A stretch of DNA of 64,000 bases from the NCBI GenBank assembly GCA_965649765.1, contig OZ287757.1, positions 33,852,001 through 33,916,000 on the forward strand, read 5' to 3'. A model generated the notes under the pieces. That model did not search any database. It was given only the letters and a program-made list of their open reading frames with translations, and was not told the DNA's origin. The DNA is from Bispira polyomma (taxonomy: Eukaryota). This document shows, piece by piece, positions 38,401 to 52,403 of this stretch. The position numbers and the translations under genes were made by a program. Numbering within the stretch: position 1 is the first letter of the stretch; each line of letters starts with the position of its first letter.

Positions 38401-41400
38401 GTGAAGATATTATGGACACCTAGTACATATATAGTTTCTTGGGTAAATATCTCTAGTTGATAATATGGACATATTTTTTGGAACTTTTGCAAAAATTACG
38501 AGAGACTGTCTGCGTTTTAAATTTGAGCCTTGAGTAAGACTAACAGTCTTAGCCACAGACACACACATATTTATACATTTCTCTTTCTCAGCCACATATA
38601 ACACTAGTAGTATAGTAGTAATGGTCAGATAAGATGGACACAGGCTAGATATACTCTTTAGTGGCTATAGATCTCCAGTGTTGTCCAAGGAAACTCGGAA
38701 CTTCACAGGATCCTTTCTCTTAAGACCTCCCAAGCTGGGTTTTTTATATACCATCCCTCCCCTTCTCCCCACTCTCTCCACAGAATCCACTTCCCTTGGG
38801 AGTTTTTTGTGGTGGTGGTGGGTCCAGTCAGACTTCACTGATCACCTGAGTGTGGTATTTATCATTATAGGGGTCTGCCCACTCCCCCCCCCTTCTCCCC
38901 ACCCACCTCCCCACTCCTCCCACTGGTTCTGATTTCTGTCTCTTGTAATGTACATGGAAATATATCTCTGCCACCAATGTCTATATATTGAGCCGATTGA
39001 GAAACTTTCTGGTGAATTTGATTCTTTAGCAAGGCTACAAAGTTATAGAATTCCTAGTGTTCCTCTGGATATATATATTGACCACCTCTGTCACCTTGTA
39101 TTACCGAACAACGCACTGACACTGAAAATTTTCTCTCTTGTCTAGTATATATGGAAGTATGTCTGCCAACACTGTTTTTTATATAGAGAAAAAGTTGATT
39201 TGAAATTTTCTGACAAATGTAGACCTTTAGCAAGGCTAGAAGTTGCAGATTCCCTAGCCTTTCCACCTCAAAAATGTCCACGTGGATAGATTGACCATCT
39301 CAGCCATCCAAGGTTACCCCAATGCACTGATAGTGACACTCTCATTTTCCCTCTCTCTCCAACGGTTTTCACTGTGTAAAAACCTACAAATACACAAGAA
39401 CAAAACAAAGTATATAATACAAAGACAATGCAGTTACAATAGCATGTAAAATCAATAACTTGCCAAAGACTGTTTATTATCTTAAACTGATGCTTCATTG
39501 ACAGCAACACCTTTGACCATTATTCTCCAAATTTTAATGACTGATTTGATTTTTTTTTGTTGTGCCAGACAATCAAACAATAACAGTAACCATATGGACT
39601 ATGCATACTTTATCATTTAAGTGGCGGAGATTATGTATTATTGTATAGGTTAAGTATTTTTTTGGCAAAAAAAGACGTTACTCAGTTGTGTAATTACATT
39701 TTGCGAGTTTATCAAAATCAATGCTTTTTTCTCCAATTACAAAATATTAATATTTTATCAGGCACATATTGTTTTCATTCTAAAAAGAGGTGACGCCGTC
39801 AATTTGAAAATAATATGTTAAGCCTTCATGAATTGGTTGGAAGCAATTGACCCATCCAAACTGAGGGGAGTCAGGGTGCCTGAGTTTATATAGTTGCCAT
39901 ATCAACGTCAATGTATTTGACACTGTGTGTCTGTGTCTTTTTTAAAAAGACAACTCTTGTTTAGGATGCAGACAATATATATAACAATAACCATCTGGAT
40001 TTTATCGACATTTTTTTCTGAGCCGATTAATAATTTAAGTGGCTATGATGACATCGTATGTATTATGTACTCAGTTGTGTAATTAAATTAAGTCAGTTTA
40101 ATGACTTGACTTCTCAGCCACTCATTGACACAGCTGTACAAATATACAAATACTACCAAATAGTCGTCTCACTGACTAAAGTGACTCTTATCTAATAGAG
40201 AGTACGGAATTAAAAATTCGCCACTACTGTATCTGAAATTCGCCACCCCCCCACCCCCACCTCCACCCCCCCTAGAATTTAAGCCAAATCAATCATTAAA
40301 ACTGGGCGAAAATAACTGGAATTTAGGTAAGGAAGGCAAAATATCTAAAGTAATTTTAATTTTTTTATTTAAAAATGGGGAATCGAGCGTAGTGAAAACT
40401 AATTCCAGTAAAGTTACTAAAAAGTAAATAAGTAAAATTTGAAATCCGTATATATTTTTTCACTTCCACATGAAGTTTGTAGGTGATGTGTAACATGTCA
40501 AAAATGGAAGCAATAATATGAATAAGGCAACTTTGACAGAGAACAGTAATGTTCTCAGGGGTATATAAGTAAAACAACAAGAAAGGTTGCAATAGCTGGC
40601 GTTATATACAGATGTGATTGTATTGTCAGGTGAAGGTTAAAAGCATATCCTCTAACACATTTCCCCCAAAGACCACTTGGCCAACAGCTTGTCTCCTTGG
40701 TAACAACCCGTTTATTTATTTTTTCAGGCAAGTTGCCTGGTAAAGATGTACATATTTGTAGGAAAAGCCATGTATTTGCTTTCTGTAACAGCTCTGGTGA
40801 TTTTGGTTAAAACCTTGTATGAACAAGGAATAGTTGTGAACTAAAAATGGATTACATCATTAATGTTTAAAACTGATGTCTACTTAGAGAAAAAAATTTC
40901 ATTCTATTTATTCAAGACAAAAAGTTTAAGAATAAGAATCTTTTTGAATATACCATCCTTGATCAACAAAACTTAACACCAATACATATTATCGTATTTC
41001 ACCCTGGCAAAATTACTGAGGTCCCACTAAAATAAAAGGGTTTACTGCAAATTGCTTTATATAGTCACCTGGTCTATACACTACATGCTAATTATAGTAC
41101 CTTATATAGTTTCCTCTCTATAATGTGTAGCCATTTTGTCAGGAAACGCTCCTTTGTTGTTTGTTGGGGGGGGGGGGGGGGGGGGTTATTTTCGTCAATC
41201 ACTGGTCGTGATATTGAAAAATCTCAAACTTTGAACTTAAACTCAAATTGATGTCTCTCTATATCTCTGGCTGAAGGGAATACCGGTAAAATCTGAATGC
41301 ATCCTTGAATTCAGTGCTGAAAGCTCTATTAAAACGAATGGTCACATCTATAGGTTCTTTTCGATATACATGAATTCAAATTTAAAATTTAACAATTAAG

Positions 41401-43465
41401 TTGAGTTTTAATTCTAGTTTCTTCAAGAATACAGGTTTTAGAACATATTAGGGACTGCATTCTGGAAAAAAAAAAAACATTCAAGTTCAAACTCAGACTC
41501 AACCTAAGGGAAGGCTATGTTGAAGTCAAGTACATGGAAATAACCTACACTTGTAACCATTCATTTTAACAGAGCTTTCAGTGCTGAATTCAAATATACA
41601 GTCAGATTTGACTTTACTGTGATCAGAAATATGTGGACCTCAGAGCTTGAGCTTAAGTCTGAGAGCTTAATATGGTGCCTAGAACTTCTGGTATATTTTT
41701 GTCAACCAGGACATCTGGTCCAGACAAGGAGACGGCATGCGTCTTATAACCTAATCCCCTTTTAATCTAATCTCGGGGCCATTGTAGTAGATGGTTGGTT
41801 ACATCGTCAATAACTGGCTTTTACTCCATAGCCTTAAACCTCATGATAATGGAAGCGCCTTATCAATGATATTCAAACTCTGTTGTTTAAACTTGTTTCT
41901 ACATTACACATATTAGATTTTTTGTTTAATTGTAAAGTCAATATACAACCATGAAAGAAACGGGTCTAAAATATGCATATATTTACATATATATATATGT
42001 ATTTAAATACACATACCATTCAATAACATAGAGTTATTGAGGCCTTAAAAATCTTTAAATAATATAATGGGGATTGAAAATATTATTTTATACACTTCTG
42101 AAACTGGATTTCAGACATTAGGTCTAAGCCCTTTACATTGACTTCCAACTAATAACAGTTCACTTCTCCATTCACTGCGGATCCAATATCAAGCCCCATT
42201 GTACATTCTGAAACAGTGATTTTTTTTATTCTGGCTTTACAGTTAAAAAAGTCAATGTTTTAGTTTTAATTCAGGCTTTTACAATTAATCAGTCAGTTGA
42301 TGTGCTTTATTTACATTTCACCAGGTAAATCTCTGGGAAAGTTTAACGGCGGTGGTTAATGTTCTGTGCAGTTGAATAGGATATGAGCCCAAAGAATGGT
42401 TCAACAGTTCCCAGTGTGTAATTTACTTCTTGCACATGTTAAATTCAGTGAAGAGAACTTGAGTATTTACCATATAAAACACTATTCCATTGACTTTTTC
42501 AACTAATGACGCTTTTACAATGTGAAAAATTATGCTACAATATCTTTGGGACACTTATATTGTGCAATAAGACGTGTCATTAATTTTTAACATTCATCAT
42601 TTTATCAAATAGAAATAAAACAATACCATCTAAACCATTAGAAAATGTGACACATGTGGTTAAGATTTGGACAAATACAAAAAGAAATGATATGGGGGAC
42701 TCCTGATGATACATTAGTATGTCACCTTTATATGTATCACTACTGTACATGTATATGCACTGCAGTGTTATTTACCAGTTATGTTTATATATAGAGTAAG
42801 AAATCTAAAATTCGCCATGCAGAAAAATGTTGTGATTTCAGTAGAAATTGTGAGTAATAGTTGCTAAAATTGTGATTTTTGTGACTATTTTGCCCCTATT
42901 CACTCTACATTATAATTATTTTTTCGCCAGTTTTTATTGATTTCGCCAGTTTTTATTGATTTACTTTTTTTTAATTGTAGTTTATATTTTAGGATGTGGC
43001 AAATTTCAGAAAGAGTGGCAAATTTTAGATTCCTTACTCTAGTTTCAATTTTTATAAATTTAAATTGAGACAATGACAGTTACTGGTATGCTTTCCCCCA
43101 AAAAACGACGATTTTTTTGGAAGTTTAGTTGTACAACCAATTGAACTAGAACAAACAAGTGTTATTTTAAGCTGTCGAAAAAATGAACATGAAAATATGT
43201 AACCATTTTGGTGTTATTTTAGTTTCTCGGGGAAAATAATGTGCAACAACTATACAGGTTAACATATAAAAAACACAAAAATGACAGTGACTGATTTTAG
43301 GTGGTGCTTATATATTTAGTAGGGCCATTTTATGTATTATAGTATATTATGGATGTCTATATAGGGGCCTGTTTATAGATAACTTCTAATTTTTGACTAA
43401 GCTAAGTCTATACCCTGTATAAAGCATGAATAAAAACCATCAAACTTTTCTCTTGCAATGGTGTT

Positions 43466-44052
43466 GTAGCTGGCCGAATGCCGACCTTGGCAGTTTCGAA
43501 ACGGCCCATGGCGGTTTCGAAACGGCCACCTATTTTTCTTGGCTGTTTCGGGACCAAAATTGGTCCCGAAATGGCGTGGCCGTTTCAGGACCATAAAACC
43601 TCATTTAAATAGGACTTTTTGAATGTTTTTAATTTAATAAACATTAAATGTCTCCAATATTTGTTATAGTATAGGTGAGTCTTGTTGATTTGCTAATCTT
43701 CTAAATTCGATATTTTCAGATTTCCGTGATAAAGCAGATGTGTTTTATATTATTTACATACCAAAATAATACATTAATATGTCTTGATTAAAATACAATT
43801 TAAATTTTGGTCAAGGACAAAAGTTTCACCATGTAAAATAACTTGTGCAGCTGTATTCGTCATAAGATTCTAAAATTGTTATAAATAACAAAAAATGTGG
43901 AATTGAAATGAACTTATTATTATCATACTATTATTGTTATATACTCCTGTAGAAAGTCCTGAAACGGCCAAGCCATTTCACAACTTAGCAAATATCCCGA
44001 AACGGCCATGGCCATTTCGAAACGGCTAACGGTCGCAAAACGGCAAGTAACA
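43466..44052. mobile_element. Non-autonomous DNA element with GAAACGGCC subterminal repeats
   Basis: Imperfect TIR TGTAGCTGGCCGAATGCCGACC / GGTCGCAAAACGGCAAGTAACA; clustered (TTTC)GAAACGGCCA motifs at both ends. Confidence 0.65.
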
Positions 44053-44496
44053 GTATCAATAAATTTACGATGTAATCAGTGTTAGACCTTATACTTAATA
44101 TTCCTCTAACTGTGCATGCATTTGTATTTCCTATTCAAATCTATATTCATTTGCTAATTAACCTTTGCATGACTGCCCAAGGAGCCAAGTACAGCTAATC
44201 AGCTCTTAGTAAAATGTCAATCACCCTTACTAAAGTTCAGACAGATGTTAGCTGGGTCATTCCAAGCAAATATATGTATATCTATCTGTACCTGAGTGAA
44301 CCACAGAACTGGGATCAAACCCAGGTGATCAAAAGGTCCCTGGTTTGACTCTTGCTAATGTTGCAAGGTTTAATGGTGAGATTAACATCCTTGAACAAGA
44401 TATAAACATGCTGTTGCCTACTGATGACAACCCAGGCTGTGTTGTATGACTCCATCCCTTTTGTAGAATGAGAGTCTTCAGAGGATATGGTCCATG

Positions 44497-44709
44497 TAGA
44501 GTAAGGAATCTAAAATTGGCCACTGTATCTGAAATTGTCACCTAGAAAATGTTGTGTTTTTGGTAGAATTGTGGTTAATATTTGCTGAAATGGAGATTTT
44601 TGTAACTATTTTGCCTTGGTTACCCAAATTCCAGTTTTTATTGATTTAGCTTAAATTTTAGGGGTGACAAATTTCAGATACAGTGGCCAATTTTAGTTTC
44701 CTTACTCTA
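44497..44709. mobile_element. MITE family C; also about 1990-2220, 5482-5704, 40197-40345, 42792-43041, 48024-48235, 55405-55628
   Basis: TIR TAGAGTAAGGAATCTAAAATT(C/G)GCCA...TGGC(C/A)AATTTTAG(A/T)TTCCTTACTCTA. Confidence 0.85.
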
Positions 44710-44963
44710 TATCAATAGGGCGCGCTATATAGAGAGTCAAACCTGCCCTATATCAGAGACCACCACTATAAAGAGACCACCTCAGTGTAAAGACCACACT
44801 TTGATTTCCTAAGACTAATGTTTGATAATATTCAACCTCTATATATATAAAGACCACCTGTTAATAAAGACCACTTTTTGAGGATTTGTGTGGTTGGTCT
44901 TTATACACAAGTTTCACTTGTAAATGCTTCAAATAATAAACATTAATCAAAGACAGAAAGATC

Positions 44964-45193
44964 GGGGCTTGTATTCTAGAAATAAACTGTTGCTTAAACT
45001 TATACTCAATATAGGCTATGTAGAAATTATTGTGGCCATCCTAGTATATGAAAATAACCTGTACTTGTAACTATTTATTTTAATAGAGCTTTCAGCACTG
45101 AATTCAAATATGAAGTCAGATTTTAGATATGTCAAGATTTTTAGTTAAGTTGAGTATTAGTTTGAGTTGAGAATACGTTCTAGAATACGCCCC
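44964..45193. mobile_element. MITE family D (GGGC-GTATTCTAGAA TIR); further copies at about 7230-7500, 41190-41690, 45460-45950, 53860-54335
   Basis: GGGGCTTGTATTCTAGAA...TTCTAGAATACGCCCC; shared core TAACCTATACTTGTGACCATT...AGAGCTTTCAGCACTGAATTCAAA. Confidence 0.75.
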
Positions 45194-46072
45194 CATATGG
45201 AGACAGTTCATATATAGCAAAACAACTGACAAAGTGCTGTGCATGGAATTTAATAGGAGACTGGTGTGAGAAACGTAAGAAATTTACTCCTATCCTTTCA
45301 GAGTTAATCAAGCTTATCCCGCCAGACAAATCTAGATGTATAGTTTATTCACTGTTGTTGACAAAGGAGGGGAGAAGGGTGGGTGGGGGGGGGGGAGGGT
45401 TCCGTGTCAATGCCACATTTGTACTAAGCTGTCCAATAATTAAAGACAAGTGCACTCAGAAAACTCCAGTAATATCTGTATTGTCAACATAAACTCATGC
45501 TTAAACTGATGCTCAACTTAAATAAAGGCTATGTGGAAATCCTTGTACCATGGAAATAACCTATACTTATGACCATTCATTTTAACAGAGCTTTTAACCC
45601 TGAATTCAAATATGAAGTCAGATTTTATGTATTGTTTTATATATGTTTACTTTTGTCAGGGTTACAGAGTGAATCCAGACTTTTTAAGTTAAGTATGAGT
45701 TAAGGCTGAGTATATTTTCAAGAATACGGCCCTATTGTTGTCTGTATTTTCACTAATTTACAATGAAACTCAACCTTAAACTTAGAACTCATGCTCAAAC
45801 AAAGACCATATATTTGGAAGTCTTCATGTACAGAAATAACATAGACTTGTGACCCTTTCTGTTAATAGAACTTTGCAGCACTGAATTTTTAAAGACAATC
45901 GAAACCAGAGACAAGTGGCCATCATCTGTATGAGCTGCAGTCTTAGTTCAGCTTCTTGAGCTATTTGGGAGAATTTACAGCCATAGAATTAATAAATCTT
46001 CCTTCTGCGTAAAAAAAAGGTTCATATCCTGTTTCTTAGTGCTTTTTACTCTTTCACAAAGTGTCAACTCAC

Positions 46073-46075
46073 TAC
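46073..46075 (-). other. Candidate 3-nt microexon GTA (or recursive AG|GT splice site)
   Basis: TTGCTTTTCCAG|GTA|GTGAGT preceded by about 75 nt of AG-free, TGC/YGCY-rich sequence. Confidence 0.45.
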
Positions 46076-47427
46076 CTGGAAAAGCAATGGCACAAGCCAC
46101 AAGGCAAATGACACAAGCAATGACATGTAGCAAGGCATAATGTGTGTATTGTACTCACTCAAAAATAAGAATTTCTCAAAAAGAAAATATTCTATTGATA
46201 TTGTATTCAAAACTACTGCTCAATCGATCTTAAATCTTGGCTAAAGGATGTAATTTGAAACTGTAGTTAAGTAGTAAGTCTTAGCAACAGTAAAATTTTA
46301 GTAATTTACAACTTTCGCAGAACCTATTGTCAATACATTAAATATGGACTATTAATTTATTACTTCAAACCTAAATACAAATTTCCCAGGAATAAAAGTT
46401 CGCTCTCCAAGTTTATTAGCCATAAATAGCTCCTTGTATAGGTTTAATGAACTGGGACATAAAATATTAATAATTAATGTTACAAAGTACTCATTCTATC
46501 AGGTTTCTTTTTTTAATCATTTCTTTACACTAAATTAAATCTAAGCTTCCTGTAAATCATACACTAAGCAAACAAATGTATTTTTTTTGCCATGGACTAT
46601 AAGTCCTATTATCCAAGTACAGATATAATAGTATCAGTATATATTAAGGACATACAAGTTTACTCAAATATTTTTGCACTTGCAATAATGAAGCAGCTAC
46701 ATTTACTCAGTAAACAAAGAAATTTCACACCTCTAGGAAACAAAGACTGGGACATTTCATGCATCTAGGTTTGGCTAATTTAGGTATATATTAGTGGGGC
46801 ATTTAAGGGGCTGGTGTTTTTTTATGGTGAAATAAAAGAGGATCCCTTGTGATGTGATCTAATGGATGATCCTGGTGCCAAGGACATATTAAATGTTGTC
46901 AAATGAAAATGATGAATGATACATCAAGTAACACCAGGGTTACGCAGTGCTGTCCCAAATCATTGCATCCAAGGCCAGGTAATGTTGTTTCACTGTTTCG
47001 TTTACACCCTTTAAGCCTCCATTTTCTAAGCCATGCCATTTCTATGCCCTTTTTATTTTTACTTTTTATTTTTAACGTGCCTTATTGATGTGAGGCATCT
47101 TCTAAAGTGCAACAACAGAATCAGTTAACCAATAGAGAAGTCCAAAAACATAGCCACAGTTGTAAGGAAGGCTGTGGGGGTGTACAGGGAGGGAACTACA
47201 AGAGGTAAGCGAGTTTGAAGAGATGGGTTTTAAGCTTTCAACCTTTTATATTGCTGTGTTTCGATATACCCGACAGGTGATGGCTGGCGGGAGACATAAG
47301 CTTGATATTTTCCCTATCAGCTGCAAGAAATTAGTTGGCATTGTCTGTCGGTCTAGAAACACTTCAGGAAAAGCCATAGTTTTAAAAGATGAAATATTTC
47401 ATTGTCAACAATATCGGCCACAATAAT

Positions 47428-47680
47428 AATTTGAATTTGGATATTTAACGTCCACTCTAGCACCTTTTAGTAGGTTATATTGGGACGGGTAGTTGGAAAT
47501 GCTGGAGGAAACACTGCATACAGTTGGTCAAGGTTCTACAGAGAAACCAGCAGCCCACAGTAAGGAACTACCACCTTTCCCACATAGGCATCGACGGGAT
47601 TCGAACTCACGCCGCCCAGAGGTGAGAGACCAGTGATTCTGAAGCGCAATGGTTGCTAACCACTAGGCCACCGCAGCCCC
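47428..47680 (-). mobile_element. SINE family 1, full length with TSD
   Basis: Near-identical to the 30257 copy; TSD GCCACAATAAT at 47417-47427 and 47681-47691. Confidence 0.9.
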
Positions 47681-48814
47681 GCCACAATAATGACAAAGGA
47701 TCCAGTGATAGAAGGCCACCAAGTTTAAGTGGTCATCTGTATCTGTCTGCATCTATAGATTTCTAGAAATCTTTACCTATGCATGCACAGATTTGCCTTT
47801 TGTGTTCTATAATGAACGTCCCAGTTATTTCTAATAAGATACATGGCTGTAGGTCGACAAGTTGATATCATTCATCCACCCAATCCATCACATTTATAGG
47901 GATAGTTGTGGGTGAAATGAATCCGCAGTCACAATAAACATCAATCAAAATCATGTTTTCAGTCAAGGTAAAACAAAAACGCACTCTCCAATGAAAGAAA
48001 CATGAATTGGAAAATGCATAGATCTAGTAAGGAATCTAAAATTTGCCACCTAGAAAATGTCGTGTTTTGGTAGAATTGTGGGTAATATTTGCTGAAATAG
48101 AAGTTTTTGTGACTATATGTTCCTCTTACTCACCTAAATTCCAGTTATTTTTGCGCCAGGTTATATTATTGATTTGGCTTAAATTTTAGAGGGTGGCAAA
48201 TTACAGATACAGTGGCAAATTTTAGATTCCTTACTTAATCTATAACTCTCACAAACAGGACTGCCCAAGAATAACACTACTGCACAAGAGGAAATTGATG
48301 CCTGGAATTAAGTTTCACCATTGCTTATTTTTCATAAATTAACTTATTTTCATGTTTTAACAATGCTTTCAACAATTGAGTATTTATTATATCGAAACAG
48401 GGAGTTCATTACTGGTGGAGGAAAGATGCAGTGCAGGGGCAGTGTGACAAGGTTTTGTACACTGCAATTAAACCACCGGCTTTTAGCAAATATTATCGAT
48501 CTTTCATTATCTGAACAAAAGTTTACGCTACTAAAATATCTCCACCCCCCCCTCTCCCCGCCGCACTTCCAATTGTTGATCACATTTTTTTGAAGAGTTG
48601 TCAAGTTTACGTTTCGCCAAATACCAAATGATCAGCGCTAAACTGCAGTCACATGACAGAGTACAAAAATGAATATTTTGTTCTTGTGATCGATAATAGG
48701 AAATGATCGGTAATAGGAAGCTTGACAATATTTAGTTAACTGAGGAAGTTCTACTGAATGTTCTGTGTAAAGAATCTTGTTGAATAGATATTTAAATACA
48801 TGTACCTGTATATT

Positions 48815-49033
48815 ACTACACGGGCAGTCACAATAGTGTCCAGGTCACAATATTGGTCGACGTACATTTCAAAGTATAAAACATAGATTTCTCAAAAATA
48901 AAATATAGTATTCTGTAATTTAATTCATAGGCATAAAGTAGCACGTGTTTTCAATATTAATTTCCGTCAGTAAGTTCTTTAAAAACGCAACGGACACTAT
49001 TATGACCCGGATACTATTGTGACCCCCCGTAGT
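48815..49033. mobile_element. MITE with GTCACAATAGT subterminal repeats; related pieces at about 51944-52116 and 53075-53110
   Basis: ACTACACGGGCAGTCACAATAGTGTCCAGGTCACAATA / TATTATGACCCGGATACTATTGTGACCCCCCGTAGT. Confidence 0.7.
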
Positions 49034-50669
49034 CTAAACTAATAGATATATTTTGCTGTTTATATAAATCAACATGGACAACTTATACTGTTTTAGAAAT
49101 TGTAGCCTTTTTTATACTGGTTAACTATTAAATCAACATGTACCCATAATTCTGGTTACGTTTTTTTCTAGTTATTCCTACACGCACCCAAACCCTTAAT
49201 TTAATTCCAGTATATGTTTCTCATTTATTCCCCCAATTAATTGCACTTATGACCTTATAATTTGGGAGGTTATTTGGATTTCTTTGGCTTTTTACTGTAC
49301 AGGAAAAATACGAAAGCTTGTTAAAGATATTGCATCAAGTGAATCCACTACTTACTGTACAAAAAAGAACGACTGGTTCGCAAAGAGCCTATGTACAGTA
49401 TGTCATTATATGTATATATAAACATAAGCAACACAGTAATTGGCAATTGCTACTGGTAAAATATTTTAAGAGAATGTAAACTCACAAATGTAAGTCATTG
49501 TATTTACAGCCTATAGCTTTCACCCAGTAACTGTGGAAATTACGGTATAAACACAAGTGTCATTTTTCAATTAGGAACAAATTTCGCTGATGAGTTGGGA
49601 AAGGTGAAAATTAATTTTCAGTGAAAATTTGAATTCGTCTTAATGTTTTAAAATTAATTTAAGAGTCAAATCTAATTGTTGAATTTAAGGAGTTTAAGGA
49701 AAACCTATTACAATGTCAGCCATTGAAGTGATTTATTTGCACGAAAAGTTATTTCATATTTTTACTAAAAAAATGCAGTTTGTGGTTTCCACATCTGTTC
49801 TTCTGTAATCAGGATTTCGTAACAAATGATGTTGTTTTCTTTCATTTTTACACAATACTGTCAACTTTGTCGTGTGAGATAAATGTTAACAAATGTCTGT
49901 TCATTTCACAAAAGCAGCCAATATTCATTAAATTTTGTGTGAGCTAAATATATTCACACAGAAATAATTCTTACAGCGAAAATTTTACTGTTATATCTAA
50001 TTAGGTTTTTCCCGTCATTCATACACAACAAATTTGATGCTTTAATTTTTTTTTAAAGTTATAATTTCACTCATTTTATTATCTTTTGTTACTGAGCATA
50101 ATTTCCTGTTAATATCCGGACAAATAGTAATTTGATACATTACTTATGTTTCTGTTGTATTCAGTTTAATAGGGGAAAATAGAACTACACTGCACATATA
50201 TGTACATAGAAATCTATATGTTTGGACGAAGTGACTTGGTACATGCTCTATGCCTGTCCAAAGTATCCGCAAGTTTGGGGGGGGGGGGGGGGGGGGGGTA
50301 GGTTCATTGAAAAAACAATTAATTAAACATGGTGCCACAAGCTGATTATACATTTTCCTCACCTATTGTAAAACACACAACTATTAATATATAGATTGCT
50401 GATTATATACCATTCTCTTCTATATATAATCCTCAACTATTGTTATAAAACACACAGCCTAAGACACACAACAACTATTCACATGTTTTGTTGACATGTA
50501 TATTGCTGATTACACTTTAACCTCACCTATTGTTGTAAAAGATAGGAAGCCAAATACACACAGTTTTTACTAATACTAATCTCCCCCTCAATTTATTGAT
50601 GGCACACATCATGCTGATTACACTTTGCAGCATTGGAAATTGTAAAAAAAACTCCTAGAATTGTAATTG

Positions 50670-50769
50670 ATATTCGTAAGGTATGCATGTTTTAATTTAA
50701 TTTTAGTTGATTAAAATATTTTTAAATGAATATTCGTAAGGTATGCATGTTTTAATTTAATTTTAGTTG
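50670..50769. repeat. Exact 40-bp direct repeat at 60-bp spacing
   Basis: ATATTCGTAAGGTATGCATGTTTTAATTTAATTTTAGTTG twice. Confidence 0.9.
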
Positions 50770-51304
50770 TCAAACGTGTTCCGAGTTTACAGTGCTTTGG
50801 ACGATATTTGTACATGAAAAAACTACTGACCTATAGAATTCCACCAAGCACCTTACAAAGCTTTTTTATTCATATATAAAGGAACCAGTGCAATTCAAAC
50901 GATTTTAAGAACTCATTTTTGGTCTCATCCAAATTGATGTTTTCCTATTGTTTTATACTACGGTAAAACACACACTGTGTTTGTCTCATGAACCTTCGGT
51001 TATCTGAACAAAATCCTATTCTCCCCCACAGAAATTTGGATAAAAATAGAGGTTCTAAAACATTTCTGGTGCACCTGAGCTGGAAATAGCTAAGATCTGA
51101 AATGTCATCACACAAATAACCTGTATATCTTAAGAGAGGGGCAATAAAAAGCTAATATATATCGGGACACTAAGGAAACGCAGTTGTATTAACAGATGTA
51201 GCACTTCCAGGAAATTGTTCTTTGCTCTAAATAACAATTAAGTTGACTTAAAAACTTTTAACAGATCCTCAGCATTTTGTATATACAGTACTTACATACA
51301 CTAA

Positions 51305-51636
51305 GCCTACGCTTCCTTTCAACTTATTTTTCTCAGCCGATGTCGGCCAATTTTACCGGTCACTACATAATATAACCAAATGCTTCCTTTCATCATATTT
51401 GCAGCAGATCAGATCAGATGTCGGAAGACATCTGTTGGGCCAACATATTTTATCTGTAAGGGGAAAAATCGGGAGGACTGACCGATTTTCAAATAAAACA
51501 AAATAAAAAAAATTAAAATTTTTTTGCAAACAGACTACATATCTGATGAAAGGAAGCGCTACATCGGCCAACATCGGATCGGCTTGGACACACACAAATC
51601 GGCCGACGTCAGAATGTGCTGAAAGGAAGCCTAAGC
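51305..51636. mobile_element. Second copy of the 5027 PIF/Harbinger-like MITE family
   Basis: Same TIR and internal AGCGCTACATCGGC...CATCGGATC segment; TSD TAA. Confidence 0.85.
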
Positions 51637-52232
51637 TAAGAGCCTCTATCTACAATTTTTGATCACATGTTTACAGAGCAAGTATTTGATTGGATAATGG
51701 AAGAGGTTCATACAAATAGAAGAGGTAGACGTTATTATGAAACAAAAAAGATAATTTAAATTTTTTGTGGGGAGTGGAAATATTTTCATAAACTTGAATA
51801 TTGGGATAACAGATGGTTGGATATTAGAAGTTTTACATCCTTAACTTTTACAAAATCCTTACTTGTACACACCGCTATGGGTTAAATATACAGTTAAACC
51901 CATTAAAGTAGAACTCTGATAAGTCAAATTACTTAGTGACATATGGACGCTCATAATATCGGTCGGATTTTTAAAGAATTTAGCGACGGAAATTATTATT
52001 GAAAACTTCATGCCTACAAATTAAAGTATAGAATACATTTTAAAGAAATCTAAGTTTTAGACATCAAATTATGCGTTGAACAGTATTATGACCTGACCAG
52101 TATTATAAACGCCTGTGAAAGTAAAAATTTCTACTTAAACTTTACTCTGTTAAGTAGAATTCTTGTTTAGTAGAACACATTTTCATGGTCCTTCAAAGAT
52201 TTAACTTAATTAACATGGGTCCACTGTACATA

Positions 52233-52403
52233 CAGTAGAACCTCTATTATCTGACCATATTGGGAGAGTGAGAATTTGTTTGGATAATAGAAGGTCCATA
52301 AAATAGAAGGGGCATTTTAGTATAAAACAATAGCAAAAAATTAGTTTGGGAGAATGAAATTGAGTCCATAAAATCGAATAGTCGGATGATAGAGGTTCTA
52401 CTG
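52233..52403. mobile_element. MITE family A
   Basis: TA|CAGTAGAACCTCTATTATC...GATAGAGGTTCTACTG|TA. Confidence 0.9.

Noticed and set aside
41166-41186. Poly-G/C runs (also 10506, 50276, 62545) as G-quadruplex regulators
   Set aside because: Simple homopolymers common throughout the window, with no contextual support
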